This document shows, piece by piece, positions 23,561-35,522 of a DNA stretch of 64,000 bases. Position 1 is the stretch's first letter; each line of letters opens with the position of its first letter. Position numbers and translations under genes: made by a program. The stretch lies in the NCBI RefSeq assembly GCF_052425735.1, contig NC_135769.1:12090001-12154000 (forward strand), in the 5' to 3' direction. The notes below the pieces were generated by a model. It was not told the DNA's origin and made no database searches. It saw only the letters and a list, made by a program, of their open reading frames with translations. Source of the stretch: Oculina patagonica. Its lineage: Eukaryota.

Positions 23561-26500
23561 TAGTCCAGTCATTTTGTGGTTGGACCTGCAACTTAATGCA
23601 ACAGAAGCTTTCTTACCGCCAATCATTTCGAATAAGTCCCTAGATCAACATACTAAAAGTCCCAAAGGATCCATGCATGGGAACATCTCGAAAATTTAAC
23701 GGATTCTGAGTCGTGCTTTTGCGTAACATGTAAACGAGGCTCAAAAACAGAAATTCTGTTATTATGCTTGTTTATGGCCAGAATTCCATTCATTTCATCC
23801 AAAAACCATGAAATGTACTTCAAATATGCCTGAAAACTTTCATCCGAAGGAAAAAGTGATCAAAAAGTATTCTGTAAGCAAAATAAATCTCATTATATGA
23901 GGTGCGCGCGGACTGCGCGTTCAATGATTTTTGACGCATATATTAACTCCAGAACTTCCCTCTACCCTGATCCTTCCATAGGATGACCAATGCTAACAAG
24001 GAAGCTTATTTGCGTGTGAAAGGCTCCTAATTGCAAAATAACTTTGCCTAAGTCACTGTTAGCTGGTTCGGTGCTGATGATGTGGAACACCTTCCACCAA
24101 AGGGGCTGGTCAAATGTGACGATGGGGTTAGCGATGTTGTGGCGCCGCGCATGTTCAGACACAAATTTTTAGAGTGGAGGAAATACATGTGACGTCGCTT
24201 GGGTTCAGGTCCCCTGATGGTTACCCCGGTGGACAGCTTGCATCATTCCAGCCCATGCTGGGCGTGTGGTGTTAAACAGCAGAAACGTCTTCCAAAGTAT
24301 GTCCAAATTCGCTGTGGGATCTACTACTACATTTGCAACAACTACGTTATTGTACTCTATTTCCACTTGTGATTGCCTTGGCTCAGATGGCGGGCGTATC
24401 AGTATTTCTTTTTTTTCCAGCTGCTGAGATGTCTTGAGGACTAATCTTTCGTCTCGGGACTCGACGGGACGCTTCTTTTTCGGTTAGTGCCAGGAGTGAT
24501 GGTACAAATCATGCCCATGCCATGAAAGGTGTCTTTACCGTCAAGGGTTCGTAGATTATGTTCCACATTGTCAGCTACGTACTAAACAAACTCTCTGTCA
24601 TAATCCAGAAGCCATGGCGATGAAGGGTGTCTATTAGAAATCGCGATGCGAAGTTGTGATGGAGCTGCACTGCTAAACCAACTTGTAAAGGCGCAAGAAT
24701 CACTCTTGGTCGCGCCACCTGAACAATAGCCCGTTCAATTGATGCTAACTTCCCGTTATCTTTACCAACCAGAATACCCTCCAAAAACATCTTTAGCATG
24801 GCTAGGAGGAATTTAGCGCTTTTCTCAGCTTCGTTTTCGATCAAAGGGTAGATTTCGATGGATGTTTTATGCAATTTGATGTCATTCTTGATCAACCTTA
24901 AGGCAGTTCAGATTATACTTAATTTTTCCGTATCCAGATCAACATCCTTTTGTTGTGGGTGAAATTTGTGCAGAATAGCTGATGCGGTACGTACTTTTAA
25001 AGTTTTCCTGAAGTCTTGCTTTCATATGGGTGCGGCTATGCGGCAGTAGTCGAGTCACCAAGATACTCCTCCATTTTATCCATTAGATCCATGACAGTAA
25101 TTTGTTCGTCGTCGTTCTCCTTAAGAAAGCTCGCCACTTTGACAAACGCTTCGTTTTTTTCTTCATCTTGTGGACGTCCGATTTTTCTTTTCTTACTATC
25201 AGACTGATCTAAGGCAATGAATACTTTTGGCATTTGTTTTTTGGTCCTGAAGTTGACGCTGCATAGCTGATGGTAAACAGCACCGGCGGCCGGCAAATCA
25301 TAGACATTTGAAATTCTCGCCTGTACCACTTCAACCCCAAAATCCCCCCTTTCAGAACATGCCTCTAGTACAGTCACTCTTGTCTCGAGGGTTGTCACAC
25401 GGAACACTTCTCCTGGCTTTTTCTTTTGCTCCTCAAAATCAATTTCGTTACCACAGTAGAAACAGTCCGTATTAAAGCTAAAGAATTTTTCACTCTTGCG
25501 ATCCAATGAACGACGTTGGCTTGAGGTTTGCGAGCTTGCAATTTCTTGTTTCTTGGCTTGGGCAATGTTACTAGGGTGGGAATACGCGCGGCGACATGCC
25601 TTGTGTACCTTTTAACCGGGAACAGTTTGGATGTTGTCATTGCGCTCTGCGCTTGCGCGGTTTATACCCTCACTTCCCTTCAGACGGAGAGATACTATGT
25701 CATCTTCAAGCGATTTTTGGCAAATCGCACAACACATTTTATTCATTTTAGGCTCTTGCTGGTCTAAAAATTACCAGGATACAAGTTAGACTGTGTCAAA
25801 CGTGCAATAGAATCATAGACGCTCTATGTTTAGTCCAATAAATTTCAGCAATCGGGTTTAAAACCTTAACATATCATTCTTTATAAGTAGAAGAAAGGAT
25901 AACATTGTTCTTATTTTAACTCACTGCAGCGTCGTATGCAGTGATCTCGCTTTTTAGTTTATATTTTCGAAGCCAGAATGTAATACGTTGCATTTCAACT
26001 GCGTTGAAAGACTCAAGGAAATACTGTAGCCGCAGAAACTCGCTAGAATCGCTTTAGAAACAATGCTTTGGATGTGATACACTATGATTCAGCAAAGGGA
26101 AACTTCTCCATTTTGAAAGAAAAATTACTCTTGAAGAGAACTCAGAATACACTTACCTGGTCGGAGCACAGAACATTGAAGTTCTCAAGCCATTTTGTTC
26201 GACGGAGATTAAAATTTCTGCAGGCGTCAAACACAGCACACTATACCTGCGAACTCTCCCGCCTTGGGTGTGAGTCTCGGCTCCGAGTTAAAAACTTCGA
26301 TCTCACGCCAACTCACGCTTTTCTTACTCTTTCCGCACGAAAATTAAGCTTTCTTGAATTGTATCACTATTTTTTGAATAAAGGTTTAAACAGTTCAACA
26401 AGTTTCATTAAAAAGAAAAAAAAAAGAAAAAAATCGCTCCAGAGAAAAAAACAACTTAATGTCATTTAGTCCTATACACAGGGTTGCGGGTTTTAACACG

Positions 26501-26868
26501 GCAAGCACCTGAAATACACTTAAAATTAAAGCTGTGTACATATGAAATGTCCCAAATTAATTTGATTTCTAAAATAAAAAAACCTTCAACTTGAGATATC
26601 GTTTCAAATTTTGTTGTATTTTTTACTTTTAAGGCATAAACACGCGCGTTTTTATAAAAGCTTTATTCAGCCTCGTTTCCATGTATCTCTAAAAACGTGT
26701 CTCGGAGCTTCTCAAAAAACCCATTTTTCAATAACTTTCCCTTCCGGGATTTTCTGGGACGTTTGATATGTTATTAACGATAAGTTTCTCGGTCAAAAAC
26801 CGTTGAAATTTCTTCTGTTGCAATTAGTTGCAGGTTGACCCATTATTTTTAGTAAAATGACTGGACTA
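23561..26868 (-). mobile_element. Decayed, internally deleted DNA transposon, probably Academ (AcademX-like)
   Basis: TIR TAGTCCAGTCATTTT / AAAATGACTGGACTA with a 3-bp ATA TSD. Frameshifted transposase fragments on minus: CFYCG..VYHQLCSVNF, ADNVEHNLRTLDGKDTFHGMG, VTFDQPLWWK, LGAFH..IGHPMEGSG. The superfamily is inferred from TAG ends, the 3-bp TSD and recalled motifs. Confidence 0.75.
23962..25640 (-). pseudogene. Fragmented transposase of the 23561-26868 element
   Basis: ORF pieces 25036-25506, 24575-24895 and 23962-24162 are in different frames and truncated after GSG. Confidence 0.8.
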
Positions 26869-27327
26869 ATAAGCTGTTGATAATTTCAGATCATTTTATT
26901 AAGTTTTTAGATCATTTTATTTATTTTCAGTCGTATCTTAAGCTTTGGCTACCTGTGTATTAACCCATTGGCGCCTGTGCCGGCCGTAGCCGGCCGTGCG
27001 AAAACCACCCCCAAAATACAATGTATGTAATCCTATGAAGAGGACAAGCTACAAAAATAACAAATAAACAACAATTTATCTGGAAGAAACGTGCGACTCT
27101 GTGATTTACGTCGTGTAACGGCCAAGCACTTACACACAAACAAACCGTTGCTAGCATCATTAGAGCTAGATCGGGATCAGTTTGATGACAGATCTGATTG
27201 GAGCAGGCAGTTATTGTGGTCACCAAATAAATAAATGTTAAGTGATTAACGAATGCATAATTTGCCCGCCACCGCACACGGCGATTCAGGGAGGTGGCGA
27301 TTGAGTTTGCGGAACAATCTCGGAAAA

Positions 27328-27882
27328 ATGCAAGCATGTTTATGGAAAACCACCAAAAAATGGGAAAAGAGCTTCAACTTTATCTCAGGAAAGAAACATT
27401 ATTCTGTCGAACTTGTTCGCTTTAAGCGATGGTGTGGCGAAGAAGTTCGCATATTTACGAACGGATTGCAAATACATCACGCAACATTCAAGCGACTGAA
27501 TGGCTTAGCTGTGTGCAGTAGAAGCGAACAACACTCGTGGGAATTCGACGGCCGTTCATTTTTACTAATGATTGTTCCTGGAGTTTGGTCTATGACAGAG
27601 TATCATTTACTAATCGATGGTTTGCAGATCGAAAGGGATCTAACTCCGTCGGAGTTATGGAGACGCCGCGGATGGGTGCTCGTTTATTTTGGACTTATCG
27701 AAGTGTTGATTGGAATTTTATTGGAATCAATAAGGTACTTTGAGGACACCGTACCGTACTTTGTGTTATGGGAACTCCTAGGACGAGTTTTGTTAATCTT
27801 TGGCTTGTTAAAGATTGTGGAGGGTTTAACATCACATGTGGCGAGATATTCTAATCGTTACGGACCTGTTTACACAGTATAA
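27328..27882 (+). CDS. Intronless uncharacterised membrane protein, FAIM-like beta domain plus 2 TM (paralog A, 184 aa)
   Basis: The ORF track starts at 27253, but alignment to paralog B (MQACLWKTT vs MPSCCKTT) and the AAAATG context favour ATG 27328. It shares EExRIxxNG, WExDGxSFLL, LxI[DN]G and WRRRGW with paralog B, followed by two hydrophobic segments. Confidence 0.8.
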   Translation: MQACLWKTTKKWEKSFNFISGKKHYSVELVRFKRWCGEEVRIFTNGLQIHHATFKRLNGLAVCSRSEQHSWEFDGRSFLLMIVPGVWSMTEYHLLIDGLQIERDLTPSELWRRRGWVLVYFGLIEVLIGILLESIRYFEDTVPYFVLWELLGRVLLIFGLLKIVEGLTSHVARYSNRYGPVYTV

Positions 27883-29734
27883 GAAAACTCCAAACCGCAA
27901 GTATTACTTATTCAAGCTGGGGAGAGAGAGAGAGAGTAGGAAACAAGATCTCGACGCTTCACATATTGTAAACTTCCGGCACTCTCGCCACGAGTTTAGC
28001 CCAGAAACTAAACAGCGTAACGTTTCGCTAAATTATGGTAATATTTAAAATGTTGTCTGGAAGACATATTGAAAATATGGAAAGATTGTTTACATTATCA
28101 TGTCGAGGAAAATGTCAGTACGGTCCGGAGGCGAAAATGGACCAAAAAACAACAAATAAAAAAGGCTGGACTTTAACACTTGATCGCGATCATTGAAGTT
28201 TTATTTTCAAATTTTCCACACTCAATTTGTGCCCAGTCATTTAATTTGGACACGCTATAAAGCGCATGCAAATACAGCGCCGTGTTTTGATGTTCCGTGA
28301 ACTGAATGAAATATGTAAGCAATAATTTGAGTTGCGTGCAGGGAGAAAAAAAGAAAACAAACATTTTTTCAAAAACCAGTTAAAAAAACGAGCGCGTTTA
28401 CAATCTTTAGATAAGCATGTGTTTTTTTCCTGCCCGCATCTCTTGAAAAACCATGCTTAATTGTTTCTTTTCCAATATTCACCTGTCACGGATCCACGCT
28501 TTTTACAACTCCATTCATATTGTACTGTATTTATACCAGCCCCGCCTTTTACAAACGGCTTGTAAGATCACAATAAAAACCACCTTTACTTCTACCACTG
28601 TCTGAAAATCGCTGCTAAATCATATCTGAAGAATATTAAATCTCTGCTACATTTAACCGCGCCCGATGAATTATTCATGTAAACATTCAAGGTAACTATA
28701 TTATTTCCATAATAATCTGTAAAACGGGTGACTGCGCGGCCCGTGCCCGCTCGCACAATTTTTCTACATCAACTGTTCTTAACATAAAAAACACTTTAAT
28801 CCCTCTTTTGCGACATTCTTGACCTTTTAGAACTCGCTTTGGATGGATTACCCAAATTTATGACAAATGGACTCATCTTTTGAAAATTTTGGTCACGTGA
28901 TTAAACATGGTATTACATTTATTTTGCATTATTATTAGTGCTTGCTGCGCAAATTTTCGCATATTTTAAAAATATTTTCTTCTTGTTTTTTGATTTTTGA
29001 AAACCATGCCTAACATTTTTACTGACACCGGAATGATATTAGTTTAGTTTTCTAATCGCTCGTCAAGGGTAGCCTCGGAGTCTGCGAGGTCTCTGATAAT
29101 TATCAAAAGCGAATATAATGCGTTAAAAAAGATGGAAGGTCAAGCAAGTGAAATTTAGACAAATTGCCCAAATTCAATTTCTATTTTTATTTTTGTTGTT
29201 TAGAAAAATATTAGTGGACATATATTGCGATTTTTATTCGCTTGAAAAGAAATAAGAAACTGTAGCAGTTTTTCGTATTGATGCACAAACGGCGAACTAA
29301 TATTCTTAGATTCTTGGATATTTGGATTAAAATATTGAACACACTCTTTTCGCCTGCTTTTCGCACAAAATATTACTCTAACTTTAATTAGCCAATCAGC
29401 ACTCGAGTCTTCTGTCGTATTGACACTATGCAAATTAACACGAATACATTGCGAGGAAAGATGTCACGCAATAATATTGTGACATGTTTGCATTTAGCAA
29501 ACGATTTTTGGCAAGAGAGTATCATCGATCACCATTTATTCCTTGGTTTGCGGATAATTCATCCTAATTACAGCTTAACTTGCCATTGGCTTGAAGAAAA
29601 CCCGCAGATAAAGGCAAAGCGACTAAGCAAAGGGTCTCAAAAGACCTCTTAATCCGAAATTTATTAGAAAGTTTTAGGCGAAGATCGATATTGTCGCTGT
29701 GAACTTCGCTAGCTGACTGCCCCGAACCGTCGCG

Positions 29735-30307
29735 ATGCCTTCGTGCTGTAAAACGACTTGTACTTGGGCGCAAAATCTGAAGGTTGGTCCAGAATATCGA
29801 CAGTACACGGTCCAGCTAATCCGAGAAATTGGTTGCTTCTGTGAAGAATACCGTATCTACGTAAACGGACACGAACTGGATCACCACGGGCTGACTTACA
29901 ATCCCTGCAGCCCTCTTTGTTTTGGTAGCGGGCAATACGAGTGGGAACAAGATGGCCATTCTTTCCTGCTTATTTACAACTCTCTGTCGTGGACGAACTA
30001 CTTTGGGGGATTTCGGCTTTTTATAAACGGAACAGATGTGAATACTGGGCGAGAATTTTCGTCGTTTTGGCGGCGACGCGGTTGGCAAGTGATTTTCGCT
30101 GGCCTTGTCATGTTGTTGCTGGGCACGACTCTATCACTGATATTCCACTATGCCTTGTCCAAGCCAAGATCTTTGATAGCAGTTGGTTATGCTCTCGTTG
30201 TTACTGGTGTGCTTTATATTTTCTTGGGGCTTATTCCAATTTTGCGATACCGAAAACCACGATACGATAGATCTGCCGCCATGGAGTACGCAACGAACAC
30301 AGTTTGA
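29735..30307 (+). CDS. Intronless uncharacterised membrane protein, FAIM-like beta domain plus 2 TM (paralog B, 190 aa)
   Basis: Open ORF collinear with 27328-27882 over its whole length. TM segments are VIFAGLVMLLLGTTLSLIF and LIAVGYALVVTGVLYIFLGLIPIL. Confidence 0.85.
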   Translation: MPSCCKTTCTWAQNLKVGPEYRQYTVQLIREIGCFCEEYRIYVNGHELDHHGLTYNPCSPLCFGSGQYEWEQDGHSFLLIYNSLSWTNYFGGFRLFINGTDVNTGREFSSFWRRRGWQVIFAGLVMLLLGTTLSLIFHYALSKPRSLIAVGYALVVTGVLYIFLGLIPILRYRKPRYDRSAAMEYATNTV

Positions 30308-31501
30308 TACAAGCATGGATTTCATCTGTGACTTGCGGTGTAGATATGGCAGTTTGATTACAATTTTTACCTTTACGATCACCAAGTATTTGCTTGAAAT
30401 GTGATCAAGGCTATTCAACAAGGTTCTAGAAGGTTTATAACTGCAATAGATCGAACAGTAATTCCCTTCAAGAACTTATTTGTGTACATATAAGAATTGA
30501 AAAGTGTACAATTCACATCACAGTTACTATAATTTCTGTAGAACGCTCGCGCTATCGTTTAGAAAATTATTCATAGTGGGTGCATATTAGCTGACAATAA
30601 AAGTTGTTTCCTTGCTGTGACACTTGGCAATTAACATTGATAGATCGTGAACCTGACCAACATTTATGATTAAAAGCTACTACAAATCAGCTGTCAGATT
30701 GAGAAGTTATTAAATGTAATTGAAAAAATCAAAACAATTCTTTTGAGCTCTTTTCTTAGTGTTTGTGTCGAAGTATTCTCAAGTTGTCATGTCAAATAAT
30801 TTCTTTTAACTGCTGCAGTTTTTTAAAATTTTAAACAGCACAACACTAGCCGTGTTTAATTGAAGTGGTTTTGAGGCTTACCTGTCAGTGACCAATGCCT
30901 TATTTAAACATTAATATTTTATTTTGGATTAATGAGAAGTGATGGATAGCTCACTTTCGGAAGAAGCAGCCAGAATTTGTTTTGGTAGCATAAAATCAAA
31001 CAAGACAAAACTGTCTGCTATTTCTGGCTATTTATCATGCTTTTTAAAAATGTTAATATTGTTTTGAGTGTATTATAGGAGTGTATAGTGTATAGGAGAT
31101 TCGCCTTTATTTAAAGCTGGATTTAAATATGTTAGAACTGGCGATGTAATGTTTAGTATTTAAACTCATTTTTTTTGCCATATGCATGGCAAAGCTTAGA
31201 TGGTCTTATCTTTACTTAATTGTATATTTGAAAGGGATCATTTCTTAAGTTTTTCCAAGCAGCATAGTTTATGAAAAGCCCAATGTATGCAACTTTTTTT
31301 GATTTTCAGTAATGGGAAATCTTTTTGTAGTTTAATGATTTTATTCTTGGGGGTCTTTACTTTTGATAATTTTTGAAGCTAATAATTCAAGCAAGGAGCA
31401 TATGTGATTAAATATAGGATTACCTGTCACATGGCTGACGTTTATTGATAATCTTTGACAAGGCAGGTGACATCTCTAGAACTGGTATTTAAATTGTCTG
31501 T

Positions 31502-31758
31502 GGAGGGGAACAGGTGGGTGGGAGCCTGGGAGAAAAGGGGCGGGAAGCAGAAGGGAGGGTGCGAAGCGGGATTCCTAAGGTGACGGGAACTGGGAGAAAA
31601 CAAGTAAAATTTTGCAACATTTCATTATATTCGCAATAGATATGGGACAAAGAGGAGAGAATGGCTACGGAGAGGGGCCGGAGGCAGGAGTAAAAAATAT
31701 GTGAAGCAGGAGTAAAAAGCACAGGAGGCGGTAGGTTCAGACCCCTCTGTCCCCCTCC
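31502..31758. mobile_element. G-rich MITE-like element
   Basis: Imperfect TIR GGAGGGGAACAGG / CCTCTGTCCCCCTCC; no clear TSD. Confidence 0.5.
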
Positions 31759-32168
31759 ACAACGTCAGTAATTTTTCATGTCCTTGATCAATGGATGGAC
31801 CCTGGATGTTAATTATTTTTCATGCATTTGTTTGCTGAAAAGAATTAAATTTACCGATAGCGGTCAACAAATCAGTTCAGATGAGTCACTGGATTGTGTC
31901 AAAACAATAATTATTAGTGGTTGCCCTCAGTTTCTATGGACTTTGATGGATGGCTTAAGGCTCCTCTTACTAACCATCAGCTGAAAGAAACCTTCATCTT
32001 GAATCAGAAACCCAATGGAAGGTTGAAGAATTACAAAAGAAACAGTGTTTGAGGGCAATTCTTGGTAACAATCTTCATAACAATGACCAGATGTAGCTCC
32101 CTCAAGGACAGTACTCAATAACATGCACAGTTCTGAGACAGTGTGTTAACTCGAAGGACTATAGAAAT

Positions 32169-32333
32169 TAGCCTGTTCCAGGCTATCGGTAGTTGGGGGA
32201 GAGCGAAAAATGCAGGCGTGCAAGGAAAAAACGAGGAGGACGAAGGCGAGCGAAGGCTTTGTCCTCCTTGTTTTTTTTCCATATGCCCGTGTTTTTCGCT
32301 CTCCCCCAACTACTGAGAGCCTGGAACAGGCTA
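32169..32333. mobile_element. TAGCC-ended palindromic MITE, 9-bp TSD (AcademH-like)
   Basis: TAGCCTGTTCCAGGCT / AGCCTGGAACAGGCTA; TSD TATAGAAAT / TATAGAATT. Confidence 0.85.
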
Positions 32334-35300
32334 TATAGAATTGGGCAATGGTACAGCGTTGATACATCTGTCACCTTGTGTCCGAACAGGATTTGAATAG
32401 ACTAAGTTCGTTCCAAAATGCTAGATATTGAAGAGGCCAGATGCTCATTGGTGCAAATTTTTAACTATTTCAATTATGACACCTTAGAGCTTGTTGCTGG
32501 GGCTGTCACATAAGTGGTTATGCAAATCCAAGCCATTCCATACAACTGAACTTAAAGCTGCACTGTGCACACGTACGTATTGCGGACCTATATATGCTCG
32601 TTGTTCTTTCTGTTTTTTGGACCACCAAGAATAGACAAGACATAAAAAAGAGCGCGTAAATATAACATCCCCATTACTTTGCTCGAAACCTTGCGCAACG
32701 TTGGAGCAGACCTCCTCCTCCCCAAGCCACCTGCCGCTTCGCCGCTGCTTGTGTGCACTTTAAACCCCAACAAAACCGCCAGCTACGCAGGCTAAAGTCG
32801 GATCATCAGTTCGTTTGCACCGTACATTAACCCAGGAGCCTTGATATCAACCAGATATCCTAGGAGTTTATAGACTTGCATGTTTTCTTCGGGGGTACTG
32901 CGCTTTCATAACAATGTAAAGGCAAGCTACAAATAAAGGAACGGGATGGTCTCCGGTAAATCAAGGAGTCCGGAGCTTGATGGGAAGGAAGTGAAACTTT
33001 ATCAGTCCCACAACTCCAAGCGCACCTTGTGCAACGTTGAAGCAGACCTGGGAACGAGGCACTTCGCACATTCAGTCCGTTAGTCCAACATAAATTGCCA
33101 AATGTTTTTAAATGTTTGAATACCAACAATATTCTTTGACGTTTGACAGCTTGGTCACATTCGGCACCAAGTTAGCCAAGAACAATTAAGCAGAGAGATT
33201 AGTCAAATTTCACACTAACAGATGAGAAAAATCAATTTTATTCATCAGATGTGAATGATGCCATAAAATAATAATATACAGTGAAATTTGAAATGGCCAG
33301 ATCTACAATTTCTTACATAATATTTACTTCCCAGCTTCGAAAAAAAACAAGCGATTAAAGTGGGCCAGCTAGAGTATCGAATTAAACTTAAATTTACGTT
33401 ATATCAATTGATAAAATTAACTATTTCCCTTCCCAGTAAGGTTAATTTCAAAGTGCAAATGCTGTTTTGACATTACAATATTACAGCCTCTTAACTCGTA
33501 CAACTTACTAAATTTGAAAAATCAAGCAAAAAGGTTGTACCGTATTGGTCTTAAAACGTTTCATTAATTAATTCCGGCATCGTGATCATAAATAACTATT
33601 ACTTTTTTGATAAATTTATATTCACTTTTATAAATAAAAGGGTAAAATATTTTCAACAATATAACTAGTTTGTACAGGTTTTCTAATCTTGCAGGTCACT
33701 GAAGAAATTTTAAAAACGTTTTTAACCAATTTTGAATATATATCTCTAATTTTTTCTTTAATTTGTGATTGTAAGTTAAGTAAGTACCATTACTATTACA
33801 TAACAATCTTCTTTCTTCCGTTCCTGAAGAGTTTTCAAATTCTTATTCTTCTTCCCATACTCAAGATGTTTTCGACGTCTTCAGATTCTGCCTAACTTTT
33901 AAGATGCAAGTCGCCGTTTACACAACAGGGCTACCACGTTTTTGTTTAACAAACCACTCTTAACAAAAGTACGTTTCACCATTCAAGCCCCAGTCGGAAT
34001 TTGTCAAAGAACTTTGGCTTACTGGCAAAGCGGTCTCTAAACTGTCTGTCTTTACTACAGTAAACAAGCCAAACTTCGAAGACAAAAACATCCAACCCGC
34101 GGAAAGCGCGGGAAAACATTAGAATTGTTTCGTTTCTGATTGGATGAAAAACAGCAAGTTCAATCTGATTGGCTAAAGCACAACGTACGAGTATCATGAC
34201 TTCTACGACAGCTACCATAGCAAACGCATAACACAAAAAACGTTCTTTTAAGATCATTTCCCTTTGATGATCATGTCCTAAATCATGTCATCTGCAAAAC
34301 CTGATCTATTTTGGGGCTGAAAGGGTAAAATGACGTGGCATTTGATAGATAAATAGTACTTTGCTTGCTTACTTACTAGTATTATTATGTTGGTTTCCAA
34401 AAAATCGTACAATCACATTAATATCTAGAGGGCCAATTTTGACCGTCCAACTTACACCAAGAATAAAATCGCACCGTCCGAATCGGCCCTTGGATCAACA
34501 TAAGTTGTTTCTATTACTTAACATCAACGAATGTCATCTCCAAACACAATCTCAGCTACCTTACGTCATACAAAAATACAACTTTCAACATGCGTATTAT
34601 TAACAATACAATAACAATTACAAAGAATGAACAAACTGCACTGAGATTACATTTGCTCAACTTTGTGATGTGGAACTTTAAAAACACCCACCAAAATGAA
34701 GAGGGAAACAACATTAAGCTTTTCTTCGCTGTGCAAAGCCTTGCTAAGTTAAATGTGTTAGGCGAGTTTAGCCAGTGGTAACTGCTTCCGAACACGTTAC
34801 GAACGTACTTCGGAGACAAACCGCTTTCTTCGGAAAATGCCCACGACCAATCCGAGCATAGTCACGAAGAACAATCGTTTCTACGTAAAAATGCCAGAAA
34901 CAATTCCAAGCGTGCAGTGAACACACTTCGGGGACCCGGTAATCGTTTCCTCGGAAAAATTGCCCGAAACCCTACCGAACATGATACAAAGATAGTCGTA
35001 ATGCATCTAGCTAACACCGAGTATTTTCCGAAAACTGTCGATCTCGAATCACTCAATCACTGATCGGCCTCGACGCATTTACCGTTGCATCATTGAGATC
35101 TATCTGTCCTGTTTCTTTACCTGTAGCTGCGAATATTTGGCTTTTACCATCAACGCCCTTGATGAAACTAACTCCCCCTTAAATTCCTGCAAAGCATACG
35201 AAAATGAATACTGTAGAACTTAATTTTCAAGTTCAATACTTTTGCGCAATCAGGTTTAAAATTATGAAATGATGTTTCAGTTTTCTCAATAAATTTCCCT

Positions 35301-35522
35301 TGCAACCACGTCTCAGGAAAAGAGATTTTCAACGTCAAGATCTCTTCAAAACCTCAGTTAAAAAATGTCCCGATAAATCTCAAGGACATATTATTTCATG
35401 GACTTTTTTTTCGACGCTTCAAAAAGATTTGGGGTGTTAGAATCTCAACACTCCTCTTCTTCTAAATGGTTTCCTTTCGATTAACATTTAAGCATTTGTA
35501 CCGTAAGCATAGCACACCACGA

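Larger units (their letters stand above)
22174..26957. mobile_element. Foldback element with ~440-bp inverted arms and 7-bp TSD, hosting two nested insertions
   Basis: Left arm 22174-22612 is the reverse complement of 23215-23560 plus ~26872-26957. Ends are CACAGGTAGCCAAAGCTT / AAGCTTTGGCTACCTGTG, with TATTAAC on both sides. Confidence 0.9.

Noticed and set aside
27253-27327. 25-aa N-terminal extension of paralog A
   Set aside because: It has no counterpart in paralog B, and the second ATG has better context and aligns with B's start.
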